A stretch of 64,000 nt of DNA from Lingula anatina (taxonomy: Eukaryota; Animalia; Brachiopoda). The notes beneath the pieces were generated by a model, which worked only from the letters and a program-made list of their open reading frames with translations, did not search any database and was not told the origin of the DNA. The stretch's first letter is position 1; each line of letters opens with the position of its first letter. The stretch covers positions 4,960,001 to 5,024,000 of the forward strand of contig CM120641.1 of assembly GCA_051362555.1 (NCBI GenBank). Reading direction: 5' to 3'. Position numbers and translations under genes: made by a program. Positions 1-13,378 of this stretch are shown here, piece after piece.

Positions 1-544
1 GATTTTGTTAAAATATCTTAAGAGATTTTAACTGACGGAGCTCTCTCTGACTTTGCATAGTCATGCGATATCGAGCGATATTTTCTGGTGACCTACTTAA
101 AACCGCGGGAAAAGCAGATAACAACAACACTATATAACAATAATATAAGATTCATAAGATATATATATATACGTCTTATTGCTCAAAATGCATTTATATC
201 TACAATGTGTGCAATTCTTTATCTTTCTTTTTCGTTATCCGACGCACTGTACAAAAACTCACAACTTACGTCTGCGGATTGCATCAGTGCGTTTGGCGCC
301 AAATGTTATTTTGGTCTCGATTGAACGCGAGAATCTGTGTGACACCCTAACGTCATTATCAACAGATGCCTTGACGACCGTGAAGAAACGTATCGAAAGC
401 CTATTGACAAGCACAGATTTTAGTTTTACTACAATAACAGCCGTTTTAGTGGTAAAATGCAATAGAATATATTTCCATGCGTTGTTAACAATGTATTTCT
501 TGCGGAATTTTGAATCTCAAAGGAAGAATTATCATTGCTTTAAG

Positions 545-1450
545 CTAATTCATTAAGATGTAGGATTTCAAGGAGTGGTAATTTTGTCCTTTATGAATGT
601 CTTCATAATTTTGCAGTTGTAAGTTTTATCATGTGTGTATTAACAAACAAACATAGCTACATGTACCCCGGAAGATTTGTACTGTCCCAAGTGAACCCAT
701 AGCAAATTAAGCCAATAATGAATGAATTAATAAGGGCCCCTTAAGGGTCTTATTTCTTTTCACTGGACCCTATTTTTAGTACTTCATGAGGGACTACCGG
801 TATATGTGCTCTGTTTCTTTTATTTCATCCGATTATCCACCAAGGCATGAAAGAAAGAATTTTTGATTAGCTGATAAGTACTACCAGTAAAGTACTGGTA
901 CATACACTGTATGATTGGTACATACACATGTACATGTACCTGTATGTTCATTTCAACATTAGAAAATGAGAAACATACAAAAAAATATAAATAAATAAAA
1001 TAAAATTGAAAAATTAATAAAATTAAACGATTTTATCAAATGTATGGCTAAATAAATTTATTTACAGAAAAATGATTTTGATTTTTTCAGTATATGCCTG
1101 TTAATTGCAATTTTGTCAGAAAAAAATGTTTGCAGAGGGCATTGTCCTATTAACCAATCAGAGGCTTAGAATTCCACAAGAGGTATATAAAATGCATTTG
1201 TAGCCTTTATGAGAGACATCCGTGTACAGTACATTCTCTTTGTCATCATCTTTTGGGATTCGTTTCCTGACCAAATGTTTGAAATAACTGACGCCACCCC
1301 CCCCCCCCACCTCCCGAAAGTGATCTAATTGTATGACGCATGCGCACACGTGTTTTCCTGTACTACTTCACGTCGTACGTCACCTTGCTTGCACGATAAC
1401 ACTTCAGTAGGGTGACAGGTTTGTATAAGTTCTCAAATTACGCATTCTAC
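545..1450. repeat. Copy 1 of a ~900 bp direct segmental duplication (copy 2 at 14224-15146), containing a promoter-like block and a splice donor
   Basis: Colinear by eye with 14224-15146 from CTAATTCAT...GATTTCAAGGAGTGGT through TGACGCATGCGCACACGTG to GTTCTCAAATTACGCATTCTAC. Confidence 0.9.
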
Positions 1451-1722
1451 TTTCTTATAATTGATTAATTAAATTATATCCAGCCAAAATGTACTTTCAT
1501 GGGGTAAAGAGCAATTATTGCTTGACCAGTCCCTGCACTTTGATTCCATTTTGAATTTAATACCTTAGCGGAGAACTGGGCTGGTACCCGATATTGACCA
1601 CTGCCTCCACACTGGCCCTTAAATACTGGCGCAGCATTTAACATAAGAAGTACCATGACACCACCTCCTTTGTAACTCATGCACTTTACGAAAATGAAAA
1701 ATTAAACAGAATAATTAACACC

Positions 1723-1896
1723 CTGGGGTAGCGCTAGCAATTTTTATCGCTTAGCCAATTAAATCACTTTTTTGTAAATTTGTTATCAAAATGGTTATAA
1801 TTTGACTAAAAGAAGTCAAATCTAGCCCTTTTTCTTTAGCCAATTTAAGAAAGTTTTAGCATTTGGCTAAATTGGCGAGTGTTAGCGCTACCCCAG
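1723..1896. mobile_element. MITE with 14-bp TIR and 5-bp TSD
   Basis: TIRs CTGGGGTAGCGCTA (1723) / TAGCGCTACCCCAG (ends 1896); ACACC on both flanks (1718-1722, 1897-1901). Confidence 0.8.
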
Positions 1897-1899
1897 ACA

Positions 1900-2500
1900 C
1901 CTCAACCTGGTCAACCGGCATCAAAAATACACTGGCGCTCATTGGACGCCCCGACATCTGGGAGGACCCTCTTAAAATATCTAAGACCTCACTCTCTTCC
2001 ACAATAAAACCTCTCATCCAAAGCTCCTATATTTCGGCCTTTAAAGCCCACCTAGCATTTAACCATCCCTGAACACAGAGGGTAAAAAACTACGCTCCTA
2101 CAGCACCTTTAAGAAAGATTTTAAAAGAGAAATATACATATGCAATTAATCCATAAACCCATAGCTACATGTACATATATACCTATGCAAATTCAGAGTG
2201 CACACAATCTGGCAATAGAAAAGGGGAGATACATGAACCCTAAAATACCGATAGAGAAAAGGCTATGCACAACATGGGCAACATGTGCTCAGTTGAAGAA
2301 GAGTTCCATTTTCTGAAGATATGCCCCCGTTATGCTCCAGTGAGAGCCTAGCTTATATTTTAACCAGGTTAGAGATATACTGGGCAGTGCAGCCCCTGAG
2401 TCCATCAGTGAACTATTTCTTACCATACTGTAATGTAATGATTTTGATATCGCAAAATGCACAACTGACTTTTTTGGTGATTGTTTTAAAGCTAGTGATA
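1900..2500 (+). mobile_element. Degenerate 3' end of a non-LTR retrotransposon ORF2 (RTE-X-like C-terminal zinc-knuckle region)
   Basis: Frameshifted fragments KLRSYSTFKKDFKREIY, LCKFRV..HNLAIEKGRYMNPKIPIEKRLCTT and VEEEFHFLKICPRY resemble LINE ORF2 C-termini. Boundaries are approximate. Confidence 0.7.
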
Positions 2501-3188
2501 TGAAAATTTCATCTATGCTGAATAAAACCTAGATAAACTGACGATGCATATCTCAATAGTAAGTTTAATATGAGGTTTAGTGTAGCCTATTCTAGTTGAA
2601 TTAGGGTTTGTTTTTTTTTTTTCTTCACCTCTCTTTCCTTTCCCTGCATTAGTTTAGACATGATATTGTGTATCTAACTGTTTACGGCCAGTCAAATTAA
2701 CAACACCTGTCATCACACGCATTGCCTTGTTTTCACACAAGAAAATGGCAGGGATTTTTTGTATTGCATTTGCAGCCTTGTGCTGTGTATAATACAGATG
2801 TTGCAAACTGGCAATGGCTAGCCAATGGGGCTGAGAAGATGATGACTATACACAAGGTACAGTACGCTTCAGTTCAATTTTCATCTTCAGGGTTTTATTG
2901 TCTGAATTGGGAATGTAAGAAGCTTTACAGGACATGAACATGACTGTTAAGGATTTTTTTTAAACATGTAGATTTGGTGATCTTCAGAGCTGTAAGTTTG
3001 ATACAGTATGAGACCCTATCTTACGATAAAAACAGACAATTGATATGCCATTAAGATGACTTTAGACTACATTTCTATTTTGCAGTGTTATGTTGTGGCT
3101 TTTTGGTATTTAGTGGGACCAGAGCACGACGACACTCCAAGACCGTGACACCTTCTACATGTCTATAAATGGGACGAGTGGTTGCGTT

Positions 3189-3268
3189 TGACGTCACGTG
3201 CAAAGAGTAAATATTAGTATTACAAAAAATATTAAAGCGGCAGTAGGATACTAATGATAGAGGTGAGT
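3189..3268 (+). promoter_or_regulatory. Probable native EPHX1 promoter and non-coding first exon
   Basis: Overlapping CRE and E-box TGACGTCACGTG at 3189-3200, then a strong donor GAG|GTGAGT at 3263. The first coding exon has an acceptor at 4957-4958 just before the ATG, so an upstream non-coding exon is needed. Confidence 0.5.
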
Positions 3269-4963
3269 CTCAACTCCAGCTATCTCTGAAACTTGTTCTA
3301 GGTTAGTTTGGGGTTTTGGGTGCTTTCCATTTCCAACAGATGCATCAAAGACAAATAAAATCAACTGTGATAGAATCTCACCACAGACAGTGTCTCCCAC
3401 AAACATCAATTCATCCATCTTCCGGTGACATATGTCAGGCTGTAACAACATGAACGGCAGAACAGGGCCCATCATGAGCACCCAAAGAACTGCTCAAAAA
3501 CATGGAAATAACACACAAAATGCCTTTCGCCCTTTGCAATGCAACATTCACCATTGTTGTCCGGTAGCACTGTTGTCGCAAGCACCTGTGTCCATTGTCT
3601 GCGCATGTGCAACAGCAGCATCTAAACTGGTATTATCGACTGTTTGGAACTGCAATGTGCATGGTACTGATGAGATCTTGTGACAAATGACAACCTATTA
3701 TATGTAATTGTATTTTCAACAGGGAAGGTTAGAAGTACATAAGTAGCTTTTGATCAACTGAAAGGGACATAGAATTTGTGTCTTTTCCATGGATGGCTTG
3801 CATTGAGTGTCTGGGGCAATCGGTACAAATACTGACCGTTCCCAGCTAGACCCTATCGTACAAACTGTGGATCGATCTATCTCCAAAGGGATTCTTGCTT
3901 AATTGCAATCAATATAAGCAGCTTAGATATCTGTCAGGCCCACTGCTGCTGCTAGGGGTAATTAATTGTCGTTTAGCAGCTTCAGTGGGCGTGACAGACA
4001 TCTTAACTGCTTAAGATGAAAGCAATTTAGCGAGAAATCCCCCTGGAGATGGATCAATCCTGTTAGATCGATCTAGGTATGGGAACCAGTATAAATTGCA
4101 AAATAATTTAAATTTAAAAGTCTGTTGACAGATTAATATAGCATTTGTTGCAGAAAATGTCCATATAAGAGTCACAAAAAGTATGAAAAATCTCCAAAAG
4201 TACATTTAAAAATTGTTTCTGGGTATTGATCATAAGTCTGATTTCTCGAAAACAAGACAATATTGAAGTTTGGTACACAGAGCGGGCACTTCAATGGGTC
4301 AGCCAGTGGGTGGGGGTGAGGGTTTCAGCATACAGATTTAAATCTATAACATATGTAGCATCTCGATCTCTATGATTTAAGTTTATTTATATGTTGTTGG
4401 ACCTATGCAAGGCTGTATGTGAAGTCATTAAAAAATAGCATGGGCACATCTAAAATTGTTAGTACTGTTGCATAGCAGGAATAAAGGAATTAACTAAAAC
4501 ATTTAGATTTGGATGTGAAATTAAATGGCTTCAATTGAGAAATATTCTACATCACAACCCTGGACAGTAGTTCCAAAGAGGTGTTTTTGTTTTTTCTGAG
4601 AAAGTGGAATTTTTACTATGAAACTTGTGTACCTGTAGATCAAATTTTCCTCAGAGCAGACCTTTTCCCAGCAAAAAGGGTTACTGATTCAAAATCCCCA
4701 CCTTGACACCCCTAGGATATGGGCCTGTAATAGTCAGCACAGTTTCCCCAGGATATTTATAACTTTAAAACTGTTAGATAGGAAGTTAAGAGGCCTTATA
4801 ACCTGTGATAAGTACCTAGCAAAACATATAAGGCTAAAAAAGGAGGCAACCAGACAAGTAAGATCTGACCCTATTACACTTCATAATAGCAATTAATGTT
4901 TCAAAATTCCACTTATTTATTATTTATTTACTTAATTTATGCCAAATTTTCATTTCAGAAATA

Positions 4964-7900
4964 ATGAAGTGTGGATTATGTTGCTGTTGTCTTGTGATCC
5001 CCATTGCTGTTTCCATAGTAATCGCGCTTGTCTTGACGGGTTTCCTTGACGATGACCCCAATCCCCCAGAGATTCAAGATGGTTGGTGGGGAAAAGGTGA
5101 AAAGACAGAAGATGACCTGTCCTTGAAGGGTATCAAAATAATGGTGACAGATAGCATAATTGATGACTTAAAGGAGAGATTGAGCAAGACGAGATACTTT
5201 GACAGCTTGGAAGATGCCAACTTCAATTATGGCTTTAGTGTGGACTATATGAAAGAGGTGTGATTATATCAGTATTACCCACAGATGTTGACTGACATTC
5301 GTTATCAGTCAAAAGTTAATTTTGCTTTATAAATACTTTGAAAATTATCTGTCAGATTTTAATTTTTTTTTAAGTTGTAAGGAACTATGTTCTTTTAAGA
5401 CTTTCTATGAAAACAAAAGATGGATGCGGTAGAATTAATGACGTTGAGATATATTTGGAATATATTTCTGATTGAAATATATTTCTGACTGCATTTCTCA
5501 ATTTATTTATTGATTCATTTAGTCTGTTACTAGTGTTTATCTGAAAGCACTTATGGATTGATTGTCTTTTAGGTTGTAAAATACTGGAGTGAGAAATATG
5601 ACTGGAGAAAAGCAGAACTTGAACTGAATGAATATAAACACTATAAAACTCAGATTGAAGGAATATTTATTCACTTTGTACATATCAAACCTGATGTCAA
5701 AGAGCAAGGTAATAGAAATTAACTATGAAAGCCTGATAAGTTTGCGATACATTTTTTTAAAAAAAATTGTGTATGCTTTAAAATTTGGGACTTGTTAAGT
5801 ATTTTCAAAACATATTTTATTACACCACTGACACTTTTGTAACTATTACTTAAGAAGATGAGAGCTAAATTATCAGTAAATTTGAGAGCCCAGAAAAGGA
5901 GTTGATTTGATAACTAAAATCCATTTCACAGTTATCTGAAACTTCAGGTATATATTTCATGCATTAGCGCACACATGCGTAATGAAAAACATAAAGAGAA
6001 TGTACGAATTTTCATGATAGAGTCTTGTGTAATAATCCTTACCTTTTTTAATTTTTTTTTCAGATATTGTTGTCTGCCCACTGTTGCTTGTTCATGGATG
6101 GCCAGGATCATTTTATGAGTTTTACAAGATGATTCCACTTCTGACCAAACCTCAGAATGGGCTTGTCTTCGAACTGGTGTTGCCATCTATTCCAGGATAT
6201 GGTTTTTCTGAAGCATCTCATAAGCAGGGTGAGCATGTCAAATATGTTACCAGAGGCAGAAATTGCCAATAAAATCACTCCTGCACTGAACCCCTGATGA
6301 TCGCTGCATGCTGATAAATTTTTTGTCCAGATTAATCCACATAAAGATTGATACTTGTACTGCTGTTACCAGTTGATATGTAGTGGGAATGGATAAATCC
6401 GAGTACCATCAGATTTGAGTACTGATCAATTTATTTGCAATTAGACCCAAAATAAATAGCAATGACACCACAACCTATGATTCCAAATACTGACTGACTG
6501 TTTCATCATTATTATTAAATTATAAAGTGGTACTTCCTGAATTAGAGGGTGCTTAGCAGAGAAAAACATGTAAGACTATAGATCTATTATTATGTAGATT
6601 TATAGTCACATAAAAGTAAGGTGTTTCTGTGATGAGATTTTTCTATAAAACTGACCCAACCCTGAATACTTGCAGACAAAACAGGCTTCTTATATGCTCA
6701 GAACTCAGATAAAGATGTTTGTATGTGCATCACTTTTGTTCATATAGCTGGATGCAGTAGAAATCAATTAAATACAAAGATTGCAATGTAGTGACCCTCT
6801 GGCTTTTTAAGCTGTGACTTAGCTCTTAAATGCCATCTTGAAGCAGATATTTTAGGATCTGTACCTAGAGGATCATTTCTGTGGCCTTTGTTTGGAGTTG
6901 TTTCTCACTGTAACATGAGTCATTGGCTGAATTCCAACTTAACTGTGAAATTATCAGTTAAAAAACACCATTGCTTGGTTCAGCCATTTTAAGTCGCAAT
7001 TACCAGTACTAGTAAGTGATGCCAGGTTCAAAAGCCTAAAATTGCCTTGAATTTTTTTTATGTACAAACACAGATGTGTCTGTACATATAGCCGTCATCT
7101 GCGTCTGTCGTTGCCATCGTCGTCGCCGTGCACTTTTACCGATAACACGATAAGTGGAAAACTGTTTTTTCTTTTGGCTTGAAACTTACAGAACTGATGA
7201 ATATTCATAATACGCAGGTCAAGTTCGAAAGTCAGCATGATCGGGTCACTTTTAGGGAGTTTATGCTGTTTTTTCACTTTTTTCAGCATATATGCTGCAC
7301 CGATAACTCGATAAGTGGAAAACCATTTTACCTTTTGGCTTGAAACTTACAGAACTGATGAATATTCATAATACGCAGGTCAAGTTCGAAAATCAGCAAG
7401 ATTGGGTCATTTTTAGGGAATTTATGCTGTTTTTTCAATTTTTTCAGCATATATGCGGCACCGATAACACTATAAGTGGAAAACCATTTTACCTTTTGGC
7501 TTGAAACTTACAGAACTGATGAATATTCAATATCTGCAGGTCAAGTTTGAAAATTGGCATGATCGGGCCATTTTTATGGAAGTTACACTGTTTTTTCACT
7601 TTTTTTTAGCATTTGTGCAACACCGATAACACGATAAGTGGGAAACCCTTCTACCTTTTGGCTTGAAACTTACAGAACTGATGAATATTCAATATGCGTA
7701 GGTCAAGTTCTAAAATCAGCATGATCAGGCCATTTTTATAAAAATTATGCTGTTTTTTCACTTTTTCAGCATATATGCAACACTGATAACACAATAAGTG
7801 GAAAACAGTTTTACTTTTTGGCTTGTTCAAATATTGGGACTTTCATCATGTGAATTTGAACTCTCATGGTCCTGAAACTGTAATCTTATTGAAGGAGTGG

Positions 7901-8325
7901 ATCTTCCGGAAGATGGTCAGGTTTTTAAGTTTATATTGATTGGTATCTATTTTTTTCTGTTGGAAGACCATCAAAGTGGAGGATGGATCAACAAAGATAC
8001 TTTGGAATACTGTCAGAAAATATCACTGGGTCCGCTCCTGTTATTGACCATGTTAACTGTTATGCATGATTAAAATTCAGTGTTGACTGACTGTGCTATT
8101 ATAAGCATTATTCATTATTGCATCAAAATTGACAAAATGACCTATTTTGCATCTTTATTTTCTGTTTTTTTAGTCTGTACATTTGACAGCTTTGCTGCCT
8201 TGTTTTTTTTTTTTTTTTGGAAAGTGTTTGTTTTTGCAAGACATTTTTTATGTACAGACACAGATGTGTCTGTACATATTGCCATCACCTGCGTCTGTCG
8301 TCGCCGTCGTCGCCGATGGCGATGC

Positions 8326-8357
<32 letters not shown>

Positions 8358-11300
8358 TGCACTTTCCTTGTAAACACGATAAGTGGAACACAGTTTTATT
8401 TTTTGCTTTTATATTTACAGAGCTGATGAATATTCATAAAACGCAGGTCAAGTTCGAAAATCAGCATGATCGGGCCATTATAGTAGATGTTATGCTGTTT
8501 TTTCACTTTTCAGCATATATACAACCCTGTAAACACATTTTAAGGAAAACCGTTAGGCCAATTGTCATTAAACTCACAGGAGTGGTCAATCTTACTAAAA
8601 GGCAGGTTGAGTTTGAAAATCAGCATAATCGGGCCATTATTTTAGAAGTTATGCTGTTTTTTCACATTTCCTCAGATTCAGTTCTTAGGCATGTTAACAG
8701 TTTCATTATTGAACTAATAAGATACGTAAAAGTGTTTGTTTGGCATTTCCTGCATCTTTGCAACATTATTAGTTGATTATGTAAAAATGATGGTAAACTT
8801 GTTAACGTGTATTGTGTAATAAAGTGTCAAAAACGGAAATAAACTCATATCATTGCAGTTTGTCAGATTCAATCATTCACTATGTTCAGAATCTCAGAAT
8901 GGAAGAAATTGGACATTTAACACTGCTCTATTCATATTTTTCCCATCTCATCAATTTTCTTAGTTGATCATATAAAAACGGCAGTAAACTGTTAATTTTG
9001 TTTTTTTTTTTAAATTGTTAAAAATGGAAAAAAAAACCCATTTCAGAACAGTGCTGTCTTGTTTCACATTTTGGCATTTTCAAGTTGTGACTTTGAAGTT
9101 CCATGGGCCTGAAGACCTTTGCTAGTCACATTTACTGAATATCCATAATACTAATATTTTATTATTAAAGTTGATGGTCATTATGCTGTTAAACATTATG
9201 TAATATTGCATCAAAATTTGAAAAAAAAAACTATTTTGGGCACTGCTCCCATGATGACCATTTAAGAAAAACCATGTCATTTACTGTTCTTAAACTTACA
9301 GGAAAGAAACATGGGACTAAAATACAGCTTCAGTAGGAAATACAGTCTGTTTGGTAATTCTTACTGCCAGTTAAACAGTTATTTTGTGAAAATTAAATTT
9401 TTCACATATTGGCATTTTCAAGGTGTGACTTTGAAGTTCCACGGGCTTGAAGACCCATGCTAGTCACATTTTCTGAAAATCCATGATACGTATATTTTAT
9501 TATTAAAAATTGACGGTCATTATGCTGTTAACCATTATGTAATATGGCATCAGAATAGAAGAAAACACAATTTTGGGTGCTGCTGCCATGATGACCATTA
9601 TGGGAAAACCATGTTACTTATGATTGCCAAACTTTCAAAAAAGAAATACAGGACTAAAATGCAGTCTGAGTTGGAAAAGCAGTCTAAGTGACTTCTTTTT
9701 CTGCAAGTTATACATTTTCAAAGTGTAAACTTGTCACGTATATTAATTACATTGGTATTACCTGTTGAGGATAATTAAAATTTGATGTTGAATTTGCAGT
9801 TTAACATAATGTTCTTTTGCATCAGAATTGACAGTAGCCTATTTTGTGCATAGTTATTTCCTGTTTTTTGTCTGTACATTTGACAGCTTTGCTGCCTTGT
9901 TTTCTGATGAGCATTCATATAATAAAATTGACCACATAAAATTTGATAATGTTAAGGCAGGTACTTGGGTTTTACAGCAACACCTACTCTTTCATGCCTG
10001 TCATACTCTGCCATACTGTAACGAATGCCATTTTCATTTCCAAATGAAATTAAGACTTAAAACAACTTTAATCAACCATATAACTTATTTTATTTCTCCT
10101 CTAGGTTTTGATCAAGTTGACACAGCCAGAATATTTCACAAACTGATGACTCGCTTGGGACATCAGTCCTATTATGTGCAGGGCGGGGACTGGGGAGCAG
10201 CCATTACTCAGTATATGTCAATCTTATATCCACAGTAAGTTGTGTATAATTGTTAATACATATGTCATTGTTGTTGTTCCCAGTTATTAAAGTTTTTTGT
10301 CAAAGCAAATGGGTTGTAATTAAATGCAAACATATTGTTATGACATAATTTTATTTCAATGCTATAATGTGGTTGAAGAGTAGGAATGTATAAAATCTAT
10401 TCAAAACAATTAATTTCAAAGTATATATTGGATTTTGTCACTTTAGGTCAGTGCTAGGACTGCATTCGAATATGTTCCAAATGGAAATGGGTGGAAAAGC
10501 TCTCTTGAAATTTTTCATTGCTGCAATGCTGCCATCTGCAATTTTAGAAGAGCAGGATATACCGAAAATCCATCCAATATGGGACAAGCTGGCGTTCATT
10601 CTGAATGAAGTGGGCTATGCATTTCTTCAATTCACCAAGCCTGATACTATAGGTAAGTTTATTTACTTACTTACTTATTATTTGTTAAGTATCAAACTTC
10701 ATTATTTTTGGCTGAGAGAGTTGGGGGAGCAATAGCAGCACCAACAGCAGCAGACCAGAGCAGAACTTCATAGCTTTACTTTTTGTTAAAAGTGAAATAT
10801 AACTCCAAGCAAATTAGACTGAAATTAATATTTATAAGAATGTATATAGTTATGATTACAGCCTAAAAGATTAAACATCTATGTATGGTTTCAATAGATT
10901 TGCCTTACTTTCAATTACAATTTTTTAAACATATATTTTTAAACATATATATATATATATAATACAGAAAAAATCATTGTGTCCTCTACATTTTAGGAAT
11001 GGCTCTTTCGGATTCACCAGTAGGTCTTGCAGCATATATCTTAGAGAAGTTCTCCACTTGTACCAACCCTGGGCATAGAGACTTGCCTGATGGTGGTCTG
11101 ACAAAGAAGTTTACCCTGGATGAGCTGTTGACCAATGTGATGATCTACTGGACCACCAAGTCTGTCACGTCATCAATGAGGCTCTACAAGGAAAGGGTTT
11201 GGAGTGACCAGACTAGTGATATGGGCAGGTGTGTTTGTATGTTTAAATCTTTGTTGGTTGGTACATGTATTTATTGTAGCACCAGGCTGGCGGTACACAT

Positions 11301-13049
11301 GGTTTTAGTGCCGACCTGTATGTTCTGCTGGCTCTGCCGGCACGTCACCATTAGCGCTTCTTCTCGTAGACTACAAGGGCCTGTGTGCCCATCTCTTGGA
11401 TTTAGGTCATGTATAATCTCAACTGTTTCCACGTAAAATTTGGGCTTCGTCGGTGCTGGGGTCATTGTAATGCACCCTTGTCCAAAATTGGCAAAATTAA
11501 ATACTGATTATCTAACAAACCAAAGGAATTATGGGAAAAATTTCTATAGATGGCTGACTGAAAGGCATATGTGGAGATTTCAAATATGCCCTTGGATTTG
11601 ACCTTTGACCTTTATTTCAAGGTGAAACGGGCCAAAATTTTCAAAAAAAGGGAATTTTTTACAAAAAAAATTTACTTGCACTATAATTCAGACACTACAC
11701 AGACCTAATATTATATATATATATAATATTATTGGCAGGTGTTACCCATCAGGTCATCTTTCATCTCCATAAGTTTGGGGTCAATTGGTGCATTTTCACG
11801 GGAGCAGCAGCGATTAGATGCCAAAACAGAAAACTCTCTCAAATTCTGGAACCATTAATGCTAGAGACCCCTTGATTTTTTGCATTTGATAGAGCATGTC
11901 AAGCCTAACACTGGAGGTGGTCTCCTTTTTTTAAATTTTTTTTTTCCATACGGTTTACGAGTTATGCTGTATCAAAAAGTACATTGTGCTGGTGAAAGTA
12001 AATTGTGCAATACGGTAATATGCATAAAATTTTGAATGTCTGGAAAAGATAACATAAGAATTGGCGCAGCAGATAACCTCTGGTCAAAAATGACATTATT
12101 TCATGAAATTTGAACATCTGGAACTTCTGAGTGCCTCCCATTTCAAGAATTTCAACCAAAATCACCTTTTCTTTCTTTCAATTAATTTCTTCTTTATGGC
12201 ACATTACTGTAATTCCAAAATTGAAACATTTAGTCCCTTATATCTGCAAAACTGGCAGAGATAGGTCCATAGTTACTATTGAAGTTAAATAGGAAGTCAT
12301 ACACTGGCAATATAACTGTGACCTTCAAATTGACCTTTGACCTACTTTTCATTTTTTAATATATGTTCATCTATTCTTCCTTTTTCCTACTCGAATGGGT
12401 TGAACTCCTTTTATCTTGAATGCAGAATTGATTTTTTTCTAACTGAAACCTTTTGTAATGGTTTCAAAGGCTGGTGCAGTAGGCTCTCTTTACAAAACAA
12501 AGTGAATGCTTCAGCCCCTGCCCCTCACAAGATGAGGGCCAATGAAATACTGCAAAATGCCTGAAATTTGTACTATTTTCCAAAGGTTTCTGCAGCTGCT
12601 GTTCAGTTATTGTGGAATATAATGGAAGACAATTTCCCCATATTTCTACCTTTAAAATTGTATTTTGTTATAGATTAGAATGGGAAAATGATTATTTGTG
12701 TTGCCAAGTAAGATTCCCAATGCACATTGAAAGTGTATTGCTTTGGTAAATTAACCTGCTGTGTTTCAGTTTTATTTGTGTATCTTCCTTTAACAATTTT
12801 CTTTTTATAACCAGGTACAAAGTCCGGGTACCAACAGGCATAGCATATTTTCCGCATGAAATCCCCTTTGGTTGTGCGCCTCTCCTGTTCACCACAAATG
12901 CCAAGCACCTCCTCCAGTACACAAATATGCCCACTGGCGGCCATTTTGCAGCTTTTGAGGAACCGCAGTTGTTAGCAGCAGATATCTGGAAATTTGTTAA
13001 GAAAGCAGAAGAGTTTCATAAAAAACACAATGCAGATTCTAATACTTAA
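4964..13049 (+). CDS. EPHX1: Microsomal epoxide hydrolase 1-like, ~465 aa, 7 coding exons (4964-5257, 5573-5708, 6064-6228, 10105-10234, 10447-10652, 10997-11228, 12815-13049)
   Basis: N-terminal hydrophobic anchor; oxyanion motif HGWPGS; nucleophile motif QGGDWG; [14 protein letters not shown]; RLYKE (lid Tyr); FPHE; [10 protein letters not shown] (catalytic His). All introns are GT-AG with consistent phases. Confidence 0.95.
7053..8203 (+). mobile_element. Helentron-associated non-autonomous element (HINE-like), family A copy 1, with ~4 tandem ~180 bp units
   Basis: T-rich head TTTTTATGTACA...; CGTC-type microsatellite; tandem unit CCGATAACACGATAAGTGGAAAAC...GGTCAAGTTCGAAAATCAGCATGATCGG; 3' subTIR CTGTACAT plus hairpin CAGC-TTT-GCTG followed by a T run. 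Confidence 0.75.
7892..8040. mobile_element. Small MITE nested in HINE copy 1; same family as 13229-13378
   Basis: Termini AGGAGTGGATC ... GGGTCCGCTCCTG; the internal ATGGATCAACAAAGATACTTTGGAATACTGTCAGAAAATATC closely matches the copy at 13321. Confidence 0.6.
8244..9900 (+). mobile_element. HINE-like element, family A copy 2, in tandem with copy 1
   Basis: Same head (TTTTTATGTACAGACACAGATGTGTCTGTACATAT), a GCCGAT microsatellite, degenerate 180-bp units, an internal ~340 bp duplication (units start near 9063 and 9401) and the same 3' end CTGTACATTTGACAGCTTTGCTGCCTTGT. Confidence 0.75.
11270..12350 (+). mobile_element. HINE-like element, family B, truncated copy in an EPHX1 intron
   Basis: Colinear with 31563-32560 (GGCGGTACACATGGTTT..., CCTTGGATTTGACCTTTGACCTTTATTTCAAGG), but has only one satellite unit. 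Confidence 0.75.
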
Positions 13050-13228
13050 CATTTGTGATATTTTGGGGCAGTTTAAGCTTTATGGCAATATATTTTTTTT
13101 AAATTTATTTCCTCATTGATTTTTATTTATTTATTTTCTCTTTTTTTAGAAAGTTATGTGTTAGACATTTTATTATCAATATTCTTTTGTTTTTGTTTTT
13201 TTAATTTCACTTAAGCATACGTACATAC

Positions 13229-13378
13229 CAGGAGTGGATTCAGGCTTTCTTCTGGTTCTTCCAAGTTTATATGAACGAGTAACTAATTTTTTTCTGTCAG
13301 AAGACGGTCACTTATAAAGAATGGATTAACAAAGATAATTTGGAAGACTGTCATAAAATATCTCTGGATCAGCCCCTA
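13229..13378. mobile_element. MITE downstream of the EPHX1 stop codon
   Basis: CAGGAGTGGATTCAG ... CTGGATCAGCCCCT imperfect TIRs; homologous to 7892-8040. Confidence 0.55.

Noticed and set aside
1-540. CpG-containing tract with short ORFs at the window start
   Set aside because: Probably part of a repeat truncated by the window edge; no recognisable termini or protein motifs.
3830-4092. Possible MITE (ATACTG...GTTCCC / GGGAACCAGTAT)
   Set aside because: The inverted repeat is too degenerate and has no convincing TSD.
8080-8776. ORFs of 83, 197 and 69 aa with poly-R, DA and MP runs
   Set aside because: Products of the GCCGAT microsatellite and satellite units of the repeat; no coding signature.
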